Shown piece after piece: positions 24,583 through 37,008 of a stretch of 64,000 nucleotides of DNA. The position numbers were made by a program, and so were the translations under genes. Numbering within the stretch: position 1 is the stretch's first letter; each line of letters opens with the position of its first letter. Source of the stretch: Botryllus schlosseri (lineage: Eukaryota); assembly GCA_051294905.1 (NCBI GenBank), contig CM119382.1:7626001-7690000 (forward strand). Reading direction: 5' to 3'. The notes under the pieces were generated by a model. That model had not been told where the DNA came from. It was given only the letters and a program-made list of their open reading frames with translations, and made no database searches.

Positions 24583-26628
24583 AAGGGATGGTTTGAACCT
24601 CTGAAAGATTCAGGTTCGTGTGAACGCGAACCTTTTTGAAAGGTTCTGAGTGAACGCGAACGTGAACCTCATGACGTCATGTGACGTCATATTGCTAATT
24701 CCAATCCTACATTTCGGTACAGTGATAGCCTGAAAAATGTACGGGATACCTGGCGACGACTCGGGCCACATAATGCCACAGTGCTGAAGTACATATTGAA
24801 GTTTTAATCGTCGCCAAATGTATCAGCTGGGGCAATCAAATGATATAATAATTCAATAAAATCAATATCTTCCGTCGCTGCGCCAACAATTTCACCGAGG
24901 ACTTGCAAGGAAATATAAGCTTACGCCTGAACGGTCTAGGCCAGACAGGACAATGCATTCGGTGTCGGAGTATTGCTACATTGATATTGAGCAGAGTGTA
25001 AAACGCTGCTACCGGTATTACCCCATTAACAAGTTATGCAGCAGTAGCCAACACCCCAATCGCACGGATTTGGTTTTTATGATACAATAACAGAGGTGGT
25101 CAGTAACGAAGGACTTCTACTTTTTCGAAGTACTCAAGTAGTTTTCCTCTACTCCTGGTACTTACTCAAGTAGATCTTTTATTTAGAAGTAGAAGGAGAA
25201 GTAGAAGTAGTTTAATCCCCCGATGAGAAAGATAACCTAAGGAACTTCGGAGCTGTTTTCATGTAGTACCAACATTGAATTTTCATAAAAGTCATGTAAT
25301 GCCTGGATTTTTCGTTGCGCTTCGCGAATAGTAGATATGGAGTGACAAATATCTTTAATGAAGGTATCGCTGAATATAATTTAGATGCCACGTTGCGTGG
25401 TTCCGTTCACATCGCACTGTCGCCTATATCAAATATTTCATCACAGCATATATGCCCCCCCCCCCCAATAACGTTTGAAACTACTGTTGGACAATCTAGC
25501 AATTAGCTATCATACTTAGCAGCACAGCCTATGACATGTCCTAATATGGAAAAGTGGACTTGGAGGACTTCTTTTAACGTTTCCGCTTTTTAGAAGTAAC
25601 ATTTGTATTTTTCTTTCAATTACGAGTATTATACGTTGGGTTTTAATTATATAATTTCAGTTCTTTTGTCTGGAGCACATATGTTGAAGTATAAAAGCAA
25701 GTGTAATAATGCCTTATATGTTACGAAAATAAAGCTATTCACTATACGGCATTTTTACGATCTGCCATATTTTTAATTACGTAAACTAATCGCGCGAAGT
25801 GTTAAAGCCGGATACCGACACAACTATTCCGTATTGCTTTTCGACTAAAATAGGGGCTTTATAATATGGGGGAGGGCGCCATGCCATGATATATTCTCCA
25901 AAACAGGGTGTTCAAGTAAACAAAGGATTAGTATCGCATTTCCATATCAATACTATCATTTACATCTCATGATGTGGACAACTGCTTATTCTGTCAAAAA
26001 TTGACATCTCCTGAGATGCATCAATGAATCAAGCTCTCTTTACCTTCCGCGTAGCTCCATTTGCAGCTTTCGACAGTCAATGCGAACGAATTACGACCGT
26101 TTTCACAACTACTTACTTACTTGAGTAGATTTAAAGTCATTCAATTCTACTTCTACCTCAAGTAGTTTAAAGTTGCTTATGGAAGAAGTACTTCTACTCG
26201 TACTCGAGTAGATTTTGTCGTCGCTACTTGTACTTCTACTTGAGTAGCTTTCGTGACTACTTTTACCACCTCTGTACAATAAACATATACAAAATCCAGG
26301 TGGACAACGTACGCCTGCCAGATTTTTTACATCAAACAACGATATCAATTTCATTGATTGGTTGAATAAGGATCATTTGCTGACTACCTACGTGTACTGT
26401 ATTTCGCTCTTGTTGATTTTTATGCTGTCAGCGCCATGCATAGAGTGGCCCGCAGTTGATATGCAATAAATTTCCACCAAAGATGGTTATAATGAAGTGA
26501 AAATTGTAATCTATGAAAAAGGTTCACAGTATAGATCCTACCAAGGTTCGTTTGTGAACGTGAACCTCTAAATTTCTAAGGTTCACACACAGAATGCGAA
26601 CGTGAATCTCACACTCACACCATCCCTA
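24583..26628 (+). mobile_element. TAGGGATG hAT family copy carrying a nested element
   Basis: Family ends with gtgaacgcgaac subterminal repeats; degenerate TSD gttgtttc/gttgctac. Confidence 0.8.
25091..26274. mobile_element. CAGAGGTGG hAT family element, nested
   Basis: TIRs plus perfect TSD tacaataa; homologous to 62322-63611 in the opposite orientation. Confidence 0.88.
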
Positions 26629-27434
26629 GTTGCTACCATAAAACCTGCATCTGCCTGATCTGCTGTAACATATTGTATATGGGAGATGTGATAGCGATCG
26701 ATCAACAATTGCAAAATTATCTCTGGCTCTCAAATCTGCAGCCGAGAAGAGCGGATCTTTTGCTGTCTCAAAACTTTGATACAAGATCTAACTATCGCGG
26801 GAATTTACATGGATATCTTCCATTTCAAAAAATATTTATAAGCGTTTAAAATCTGTTGCTCGAACGTATCAACCCCACACGGGGGGTCCAATGCCACACG
26901 GCCATGGGACTTATAAGACATACGCTCAAAACTCAAAAATGTTTCGTCGCCACCTACAAGAATAAAATAAAACAACAACAATAAATCAACAAATAAAATA
27001 TCAACTCCAATGTTGGGATAAAATCACGTTTTGATTTCCGCCTAAACTTACAAAATTAATGCCACATACATATTACCGGAAAATCGACATTTTGACTTTC
27101 AAATACCTCGTAATAGCGGTAAAACACCATACAGGTAGCTATGATATACAGCAGGGGTCACCAACGTGGTGCCCGTGGGCCCCAGGTAGCCCGCGAGGAC
27201 CAGATGAGTAGCCCGCGAGCCTGTTTTAAAAATAGATCGAATAGCAGCATTTACCAATTCGTCTGATTACTACCAGTGAGCTTTCAAATATATAGATTGA
27301 TTGATTTAGCTATTCTTGTTTAAATCATACAAACACCTAACATACAAATTTTATACATATACATAAACACTTGAAATGATGATATCAAATATCCTCAAAC
27401 TCAATTACAATTAGTAATATACCAACATGTAATA

Positions 27435-29007
27435 CAGGGGTTCTCAACTTCCCTTGTGTAACGGGCCGCATTTCAACAGCAGAAGACGCTGCGGGCCGCA
27501 GAAAAATATTTACATGTATTTGTGGGCTAATGTTAAATTTAGGCTAATGTAGCCCATTTACCAGTCGTATACGGCCATGTAGTACGTTTTTATACATTCT
27601 AAAGCATTAATGGGCAGCGTTCGTAAGTTGGCATCTGCTGCTTGTTGTAAGACTATGTAGGCCTATCTTCTTGCGGCGCAAGTAAATCACTTCACGAAGC
27701 GTGCATTGCATTCGATACCAAGTCGGTATATTCAACTTCACACCCTTCCACCAGACAACCGAACTCTCTGTTTCAATGCGTGAGAGAGCAAGTATAAAAT
27801 TACGGTAACTTTTGCGTTACGGAGGCCATTATCACATTGAGCTCTGAGTGATATGTGAAGAAGTCTGGTGATTGGGGCCATTTCTGAGCAAACCAATCGG
27901 CCCTTTTTCTTTCCTTCCAAGCCTGGAGCCCTGCATCATTAATTACAGTAGGCAGCTTTGTCAAGTTAATATTTTTGCTGGTCCCCTCCCCACGTTTGCC
28001 CAGCCTTATTTACTCAGCATATACGTCCACTCTGATAAAATTCAACCAGATGATTAGTTATGCAATATCGGTGGATTCGTCCGAGGCTGGGTTAAGTAGT
28101 CTACGCGGCAATGTGTTTCAGAACATGCTATAAAATACCGACTGACATTGATGTTTCTCGTCTGGTCACGATTGAATCCGATGACTGTATCTTCGCAATT
28201 CGTCGGGTGATCTTGTCCTTGCTACTAAGTTCCGAAAGCAGCAGATATTCGCACATAATGTTGAGATTTTATTGAAATAACACCTTCTTTAGCAGATTTC
28301 TTGCTTCTAGCGATATTCCAATCAATTTTGAACGATTGGTCTGTATCGTCATCGGCAATCTCAACAAACGTTTACACTGAGTCTAATACTCTTTAAAAAT
28401 GTAGGCCTACTACGTTGCGAAATTCTCTTGAACTAGAGTCCAGTCGAATACCGATTCAAATCAATACCAATCTTAAGTCGAGCATACATCAAGAAACGAG
28501 AACACGTTAAAGCAGGGGTTCTCAAACTATTTTAGACACGCCCCCGTTTTTGATAGGTAAAATTTAGTGCCCCCTTATCGTCATATAACAAAATGCAACC
28601 AGAATGCTAGCAACACATACGGCTAGTTCGATGGCTAGGAAGGTTGGCTGTTGAGAGAAATCTCAAATATGAAATTCTGACTATACACCGAGAAATAACT
28701 AGGAAACGGAGATAAATTGCGAAGAGCGCAAATTTTTTTGCTCAGTTGACCGCATCTTCGCCCCTCCCTCAGATGCTTTCAGGCCCCCAAGGCAGCGCAT
28801 CCTCCAGTTTGAGAACCACTGTTTTCAAGAATGAGTAATCAAATGAAAGAGAGACGGTGCGATAAAAGTGCTAAGTATTAAGATAAAATTAATTTGTAAA
28901 AATACCGTGTTAGAAGTAATTGCGTTTATAATGAAAGATGTCGCGGGCCGTAAAATATTAGTCTGCGGGCCGCATGCGGCCCGCGGGCCGCGGGTTGAGA
29001 ACCCCTG
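27435..29007. mobile_element. hAT element nested in 27152-29995
   Basis: TIR caggggttctcaac; perfect TSD atgtaata. Confidence 0.88.
28513..28821. mobile_element. hAT MITE, innermost nested, same family as 1709-1988
   Basis: Shared ends and internal sequence; TSD degenerate (5/8). Confidence 0.75.
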
Positions 29008-32000
29008 ATGTAATAGAATCACAAGATATCGAAGACGTAGAAAACGACGTAGTGCATATACAGGCGAAATACGGTCTTTTTGAAATGGCGTAGGGTTCCG
29101 TAAACAGTAGCTCGGCGTCCAGGACAATGCCAAAGTGGTAAACAACGTCACTTTTCGGTCGCAGATAGCGGTGAAGTACTAGCAGATCTTCAATATCTGT
29201 ATGCCCATTAAGTATTGTATCTTTTGACACAGCTTGTCTCTCTTACTCTCGACGAAGTTTAGTACCATGTTTCTAACTTTCTGTAATCGATGCTGGTGTC
29301 AGATATAATGAAATCTGCAATGTCTGGATTCTGAACAGTTGGTGACTGAAATTGTAACACCGCAAAATGACCTCCACCTCAAAGCTCATAAGACTGCAGC
29401 AAACTTTTGGTGCCTTGTTGACACGGAAAATTACAGTGGTGTATGCGCAGCAGCTATGGAGGTTGCAAGCGTGTTTGGTTCAACTTAGCGTTGTGAATTA
29501 GCCTTTGCGGACATGACTTCATCAAAACTTCATCAAAAACAAACACAGAGCTCGCCTCACTAATGAACCTCTGGAACACTCATTCAGAGTTGCAGTGTCA
29601 AGTTACATACCAGAGTACAGCACATTAGTTGACGGCATGCAATGACAGGCCTCCCACTGGCTGATATAGAAACAGATAACATGATGTCCAGTCTAACGTG
29701 TGACATGATTTATTTTAAAATTTGAGCTCACTGTTGTTGTATAATTTATATAAATATGGTGCAAATTAATTCGTGATTTCTTAAAAAGTCTTGGTGGCTA
29801 GCTAGTTGAAATGATATGTTGTGATTTAAAAGACTCTCTTAGAAGTCTTGCCGCAATGTGATTCATGCCCAGTGCTATGAATATCACAGCGGAAATTCAG
29901 TCTGGTACGGGTAAACGGCGGGAGCAAATGGTAGCCCGTCGATTCAATCAGTACCCAAAAGTAGCCCGTGGTTGCATAAAGGTTGGTGACCCCTGATATA
30001 CAGCCTCTATATATATAGGCGTTTTTCTGTTCTTAAGTGATTAGTTGGTCCAACTATTTTGCTTGATTTGGCTATGATACCATAGATCCCCCACGCTATA
30101 AATATTGTAATTGAATTGAGAAAAGTCCACTCGAGGATGGTATTGATTCAAAAGATATGTGCCATTATATACCCTGATACAAGCCCTATAATACACATCA
30201 AAAACCATTGCGGGTTTGCTGGTCTGGAAGGGGATTGTCGATCCAAATTTACAACTCCTATAACGTAAATCATTTGTCACAGACCCCATAACTCACGCAG
30301 GTCAATTTTTTTTAATGTGAGGAAAGATTCTGCATGCATGCCAGTGTAGACAAAGTCGCATACTGTAATCATGGATTATCACAGATCATTTTCGTTTGTA
30401 CTATAATGAATAGTTTTGATAATAATAAAGCATTCCTGTGAAAAATAAAGGTGTGGATTTTACGGTGACATTTTGAACTCATTTGACTGGCGCGACCCGC
30501 TAGCGATCGAATTGCTTGAAGCCCTAGCCGCGACGCAAGTTTAGTTTGACATCCCTGGAATAGATACCTTGCTTCGTATCATCGATAGATATAAGTTTAC
30601 TGGTACGTAGCTGGTTGTCACAAAATCGTTTCACAATTTCGAAAACTACTGCAAGTCGTTTCGACACCTCCCTATCTTTCCATTGTATGGCAGTCTGGTG
30701 GTATTTGAATTGATGAAAATTCCTAATAAACGGAACTGAACAATAGACATGCGCGTAGGCTAAGGGGCGGGGTGCATCCCTGAAATGGCTCGTGACAAAG
30801 TTCAGGTGACGAAATTGAAATATGATTCATTTTCTATAGAATTATACGAGAAGGACTTAAAAAGATTTGCAATATATTCCAAATCAACCTAGTGGTAGTG
30901 TTGCTGCGAAATCACAAGCCTAAAAATTCAATTAGAATAACACTGAACAGCTACATCTGGGCGTGCACGTAGTATGGTGTGCATACTATAATGTGATAAC
31001 AAAAGCTGGAATGCTTTGGATATTATTCTCGATATAGTACATATTTGTAGGAACTTACAACTATGATACTTGTACTTTTTGAATGGTGATACTAGACTAC
31101 GAGCAACAAAGTTAGTTTTGGCCACTGGTAGAAGTCGGGTCGGGCGTGACACTCGCGCCCCTCGATCAGCATTTCCGTGATAGCATGTGGATTGTAGGGG
31201 TTGGTCAAGAATGCCTTTCAAGGCTATTTCTGCACCTTCCTTGTCCAGCTGCAATGCACTGCACATGCACATGATGTGCATATGATGGTATGCATATGTA
31301 GTATGCACATGATCATGTATCATGCGTATAGGCTACATGGATCGGTGTAGGGCAAAAATATAAAAAAGTTCATATTATGCCTTCGTGCTCGAATTTGCAA
31401 AAAATATCTCGGGAACAAATCCGGCCGAACCACCGGTTTTCGGGCTTAAACCGGCACCACTGTAAACCCGCGGGTTTGGGCCGGGCTCAGACCCAGCATA
31501 CACGGCCGGATCTCTGGAAGGATGGAAGCCGCGAAGTTGTATTATGTTGAGTCGTTACCCCTCCGTATAGGCTATACCTATACGAGTAATATTATGAAAG
31601 GCGGCCGCTGGAAACTGCGACGAACTACTCTAGCAGAACAATCGAATTAAGTTTTCAGAAATGGCATATTGATATGGTGTTGGGAAATGCATTACTCAAT
31701 GTATTTTGATCCCAGTAATACTTGGGTAATAAGATGTCAGGTGTATTTCCGCTAAACACACAATTGGTGATATATCCGGTTCCATACTATGCAATGTGTG
31801 GCACGAGTAGCTACTTTAGCCGACTGATAATCTCAGTACTATGGTGGTACGTCGAGTGGGTGTTACATGACAATATTGAGGACAAGTTTAGTTTTGGATA
31901 AAATGCGGTACAGATCGGTTTATCAGTTGAATGTGAATGTATTTAAATAAAGTAATGTGATTTTTAGTGATGGTTCGAACTGCGAACCCCTGAAAGGTAC

Positions 32001-32611
32001 TACGTGAACGCGAACGTGAACACTGAACAGTGAACACGAATCTATGACGTCCCGGGATGTCATATTGCTATGTCCACGATACCTTGCGACGACGCGGGCC
32101 ACAATGATCAAAAACATGCTTAACTGGTGAACTGCAGAGCGCTCTATATGTCGCTTAGAGATAGTCATTAGAATGCATCTGCAAAGTTCATCCTAAGATA
32201 CCGTCTCTGAGATAGCTTGTTGATATAGCGTTCCGCTTCTCGGTCGCTGTTGGGCTGGGAAATCACGCCCCAGCCGGGTCATGTAGCCTACGGTAAGTTG
32301 GAAATTGCTATTTTCCTACTTGTAAAATTTATATCCGTGGCTTCCTCTCGCGCCCCCGACACTTCGGCATAACGTGAAGAGCGTGCTGAGTCCATACATT
32401 TGTGGTTTATTCGCATTCCCATTTTCCACAGCTGCGGACCTGGTCATGTCATCCGCAACGACAGGTTGCATCAAAATGAGTCGAGGCATTTTCGATATTT
32501 TAGTAATGGGCTCGATCGAGCCGAGTCACCAAGAATCGAGTCATTACAACCCTGGTAATGACTCAAATACAAGTTGAGTCAATGCACATATTAACTCAAG
32601 TCGAATCATTT

Positions 32612-34915
32612 TCATCATCATCATCATTGGTTTATTAGCAATTTTATCAGTTCAATACACCACAAAAATGCGATACAATGAAAAGACAGGAAGATGTCGA
32701 AGCGACAAGGAGTAGTCTATGGAATCTGACACCCACCTTGGCCTAGGCGATGTGAAGAGGAGGCATGCACACTGAATGAAAGTAAAGAAGATAGTATAGA
32801 AGAAGAATGCGACAAGAAATAGGGCGGCATGTCATGGGAAGCGAGATCGATAGGTCAGTCGTGGTCCGGTAATCTTGAGGATGGACTGTATTTATTTAGT
32901 AGTAATTGCTTGTATTTCGACTTGAATGTGGACATGCTCGTCGACTGTCGGATGGCCGGCGGGATACTGTTCCACACATCAGGTCCGGCATATTTGATGG
33001 AGCGATGATCTTTTCGGTCGATCATATGATATTTGGACGACGTGGACGCGCGTGTGTTGTACTTGTGCGCTTTTGATTCAGAGGTAAAGAAGTCATTGAA
33101 ATATTCGGGGCAACGACCGCAGTGAAACTGATACATAAACTTGGCGATTTCTAGTTTCCGCATATCTTCTATGTTTAGGACGCCGAATCTCTTCAGCAGC
33201 GACTTATTGGATGGCAGCCAGGCCCCTTTGGGGCCCTAGCTATGATTCGGAGCACTTTATGCTGTAGTTTCTGCAGTGGCTTGAGTGCAGTTTTACTGGC
33301 AGCCCCTAGGGATGGTGTGAACGCGAGGTTCACGTTCGTGTTCTGTGTGTGAACCTCGGAAATTTAGAGGTTCGCGTTCACAACAGAACCTTGGTAGGTT
33401 CTGCACTGTGAACCTTTTGGTAAATTGTAATTTTCACTCCATTATAAGATCTCTGGCTCAAATTTATTGCATTTCAACTGCGGGCTACTCCATGCATGGT
33501 GCCGGCAGCATAATAAATCAACACTAAACGAGCATGCACCATGCACCTCGACAACCTTAAAAGTTTTACTTGCTTTGTTGCAAAAATTTTCTCGGAATAT
33601 CCAGCTTTCCGTTTGTGAATATTTAGTGACTCTCTGCTGTGAGCCTGACCCGCAATCGATATACGTAGTCACTAGTCAGCGAATGATGCTTAGTCAACCA
33701 ATCAATGACATTGATATCGTCTTCTGATGTAATAAATCGAACGGTCGAACTGGGTCAATCTTGACTTCATATCTTTACTGTATCATTAAAACCAAATCCG
33801 TGCTATTAAGGTGCGTGCTACTGCTGCATAACTTGTTGTTTGTGGTATCGGTAGCGAGTATAGAAACCCGTTAAGGCGTAAGCTTATATTCCTTAGTAAG
33901 TCCTCGTCGAAATTGTTGGCAAAGCGACGGAATGTACTGATTTTATGCAATTATTATATCCTTTGATTACCGCGGTTGATACATTTAGCGACGTTTAAAA
34001 CGCCGATATGTACTTCAGCATTGTGGCATTATGTGGGCCGAATCTTCGCTAGGTGTCATGTACATTAATATAGGGCATATTAGGCTATCACTTCATTGAA
34101 AGAAAGGGTTGGAATTAGCAATATGACGTCACGTGACGTCACGAGGTTCACGTTCGTGTTCACACAGAACCTTTCAAAAAGGTTCGCGTTCACACGAACC
34201 CGAACCTTTCAGAGGTTCACACCATCCCTAGCAGCCCCCCAACAGAGGATGCCATAATGTAACTTCGATTGGATTAAGGATTTGAAGAGTATCAGAAGAA
34301 CCCATGCTGGCATGAAGCGCCCAAGGCTGTAGAACAGGCCGCACTTTGGTGATAATTTAGTTTCTAGGGACTGAATATGACTCTTCCAGGACATGTTCGA
34401 GTCCAGTAAAACTCCGAGATATTTGGCATTATCTGTGTTGGAAACGGGCTGACCAGCGATATTAACGGTTAGGTTATTTTTTGAATTAACTGTCAGCAAT
34501 TGCGATTTCGAGGCGTTTATGCAAAGGTTGTTCTGGGCCGTCCACTCATGGACTTTGGGCATTTGGTCACCAGTCAGGGCATCCAGCTCTGCCGTCGAAG
34601 ATGCGGAAGAGAGGAGGTGAGTATCATCAGCGAACAGTGTGGTGTTCAATGAGGAGGTTTCAAAAATGTCGTTGACATATAAGGTGAAAAGGACCGGTCC
34701 AAGTACTGAGCCCTGGGGCACACCACAGGTCACCGGGTGAGGAGAGGACAAGGTGTCTGAGATCGCAACCATTTGTTGGCGTCCAGTGAGGTAACTTTTC
34801 ATGAGCTCAAGTTGTGGGCCCCGAAGTCCGTATCGCGCCAATTTCGAGATGAGAATTTTATGATCTACGCAGTCAAACGCTTTTTTTAGGTCGAGAAAAA
34901 TGCTACATCCCACAT
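32612..34915 (-). mobile_element. 5'-truncated non-LTR retrotransposon (CR1/L2-like LINE), RT C-terminal part, 3' UTR and (ATG)n tail
   Basis: RT motifs FLDLKKAFD, GVPQGSVLGP, LFADD and YLG in ORF 34209-34913. It continues at 33306-32856 after a hAT insertion, with one 1-nt frameshift near 33220. Confidence 0.92.
33307..34230 (-). mobile_element. TAGGGATG hAT family element inserted into the LINE RT
   Basis: TIR tagggatggtgtgaac; perfect TSD gcagcccc; removing it rejoins the RT frame (CWGAA|SKTALKPL). Confidence 0.93.
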
Positions 34916-35668
34916 TTCATTTCCATTTTTTTTTTAGAAAATATGCCTCGAGTCATCAAAAGGCTATAGGTAGGCCTACCGAGTCCATTCCATAAGATTT
35001 ATAATTGAAGTGAAGTCTATTCGATACAGGCCTTACAATTCATATTATAAATGATTGTGGGTTGAAGGTTTGAAACAAAAAATGTTTACGTCGACCTAAA
35101 GTTACTTGAACAACCAATAGAAAAGAAAATCTCTGTCACACACCCGGTAGCTTCCACAAGCAGAAGTAAATGGCTCATGAAGAAAACATCAATAAGAATA
35201 GTAAATGAATGGAACGATTGTATTATCATTGAGTCGAAGGTGTATCGACAAAAGTGGTCCGATGTGAGGCCATAATTGCCATTTTCGAAAATGTTGAAAG
35301 CCAGAGAAATACAACACACAGCACGATCAGCAGGACTCACATCAGCCGGGTAGCAGTCACGTCATGTGGATTATTAAACCGCTGGGTGGAACGAAAGAGC
35401 AGTCAGTGGGCAAATATTTGGGTTTGTTTATTGAACCGCAGATATCAGGGGCCGAGGTGCGTGAGTGGAGCTGCAATAACGGTATCAGGTTTTATTGCCC
35501 CGGAATGAAATTTGGAAGACTGAATTTTGGATATGTAACCATGCTTACCTAGAGCGTATTACATAATGAACGTAACTGTGATGATAGTAGTTAGTGTAGG
35601 CCTACTAATGAACAACCGCGCTTTCAACCGACCGTATTGAATTATTCAATAGACTGAGAATATGTACT

Positions 35669-35949
35669 CATCATCATCATCATTGGTTTATTAGCAATTT
35701 TATCAGTTCAATACACCACAAAAATGCGATACAATGAAAAGACAGGAAGATGTCGAAGCGACAAGGAGTAGTCTATGGAATCTGACACCCACCTTGGCCT
35801 AGGAGATGTAAAGAGGAGGCATGCACACTGAATGAAGGTAAAGAAGATAGTATAGAAAAAGAATGCGACAAGAAATAGGGCGGCATGTCATGGGAAGCGA
35901 GATCGATAGGTCAGTCGTGGTCCGGTAATCTTGAGGATGGACTGTATTT
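35669..35949 (-). mobile_element. Second, short 3'-end copy of the same LINE
   Basis: Near-identical to 32612-32893 including the (CAT)n tail; absent from the paralogous position in unit B. Confidence 0.88.
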
Positions 35950-36151
35950 GAGCAAGCCGATTTGAGCAAGCAATATTGAACATTTAAGATCTGATATAGA
36001 TGTAAAGTGTCATTCTCATACTATACGATGACGGGTGACCTGACGTATCGGTGACCGTAGTTCTTTGACTTCTTTCCATGTTATTAAAGCGTTCAAATTT
36101 AAAAGAGCCATTGAATGTGCTATATTCATACGCATTTGTGAAGGTCTAGAC

Positions 36152-36578
36152 CAGAGGTTGCCAAGACCAAGTCGCTTTGAAAACGACTTGAGGCTTCCCC
36201 ACCCCACAAGATCAAGCTTTACGAGGAGATAGTTTTTCATTTCAGCAAGTAGGCCTACCATGTCTAGCTAACCCCAATATCGATTCTTTAGCTGTTCAAC
36301 TGTGTTGTCAGGTATCGTGCACCACTCATTGTTAAAAATAAAGTGAAAGTGATGAGAATACTATTTTTGTTGTATTTGGCAATAAGAGATTATTTCTATT
36401 GTGGTAACTATGTCCGTCGGCCGTCGCCCATGTTAAAGAGCGCAGCGTTATACTGGCTTGAAGTTTTTCAAACGTGGTTGTTAATATATGTGACCTATTT
36501 AATCTCGATATTGAACTCATGCGGCCTGTACGAAATTTTGAAAGTGGTCCGCGACCCGGTTGGAGTTGGCGACCCCTG
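36152..36578. mobile_element. hAT MITE upstream of JAK-A
   Basis: TIR cagaggttgccaa / ttggcgacccctg; perfect TSD gtctagac; empty site gtctaaac in unit B (~53142). Confidence 0.85.
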
Positions 36579-36919
36579 GTCTAGACCAGTAGCACCATCA
36601 TGTAATTATTCATTTGTCAGGGTTCGTAGCTCTTTCCATGTTATTAAGACATGTGAATGTGCAATCTTGTTGAAGAACTGAGTGTAGTCTAGGCCTAATT
36701 TCTGAAATTCAACTAAAGCCTTTGAATGTGATATTCTTATGATTTTGTGCAGGTCTATACCAGCTGTGTTTTATTTTCTTGAGGAATTATTTATTTATCA
36801 GAGTTGATCATTGTTGTGAGCTATTGCCTCCTAGGAAACGTTATATATATATATATAATATAGGCCTATATAGGCAATGATGAAGCAAAAGATAGACTTC
36901 AAATGGTATTGATAAATGT

Positions 36920-36948
36920 CTCTAAGTCGTTGTATTATTCTACCACAG
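36920..36948 (+). promoter_or_regulatory. Putative branch point and 3' splice (cis or trans) acceptor 60 nt upstream of the JAK-A ATG
   Basis: ctaag...attctaccacAG. Conserved in copy B (ctaac...attctaccacAG, AG at 53323-53324), also exactly 60 nt before the ATG. Confidence 0.6.
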
Positions 36949-37008
36949 TAAACTTCATCAGCATCATGGAAAGTTCATACAATTAGTTAATAATCATCAA
37001 TAAGAACC

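Larger units (their letters stand above)
27152..29995 (+). mobile_element. hAT (Buster/SPIN/Charlie-like) element with a decayed transposase C-terminus
   Basis: TIR caggggtcaccaac; perfect TSD atatacag. ~29340-29660 translates as FWCLVDTENY...VASVFGST*RCELAF...FIKNKHRARLTNEPLEHSFRVAVSSYIP, resembling a hAT C-terminal dimerisation region. Confidence 0.88.
23892..30557. mobile_element. Probable outermost hAT element of a nested cluster
   Basis: TIR caggggtgccaaac / cagggatgtcaaac (12/14); TSD gaatagac/gaatagat (7/8). It could alternatively be two independent ends. Confidence 0.55.

Noticed and set aside
30041-32480. Protein-looking ORFs at 30041-30289, 30928-31323 and a GC-rich stretch at ~32170-32480
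   Set aside because: No identifiable motifs or consistent splice structure; they lie among repeats.
35195-37008. STAT (GAS) feedback sites upstream of the JAKs
   Set aside because: Only imperfect matches such as ctcctaggaa at ~36828; I found no TTCN3GAA site conserved in both copies.
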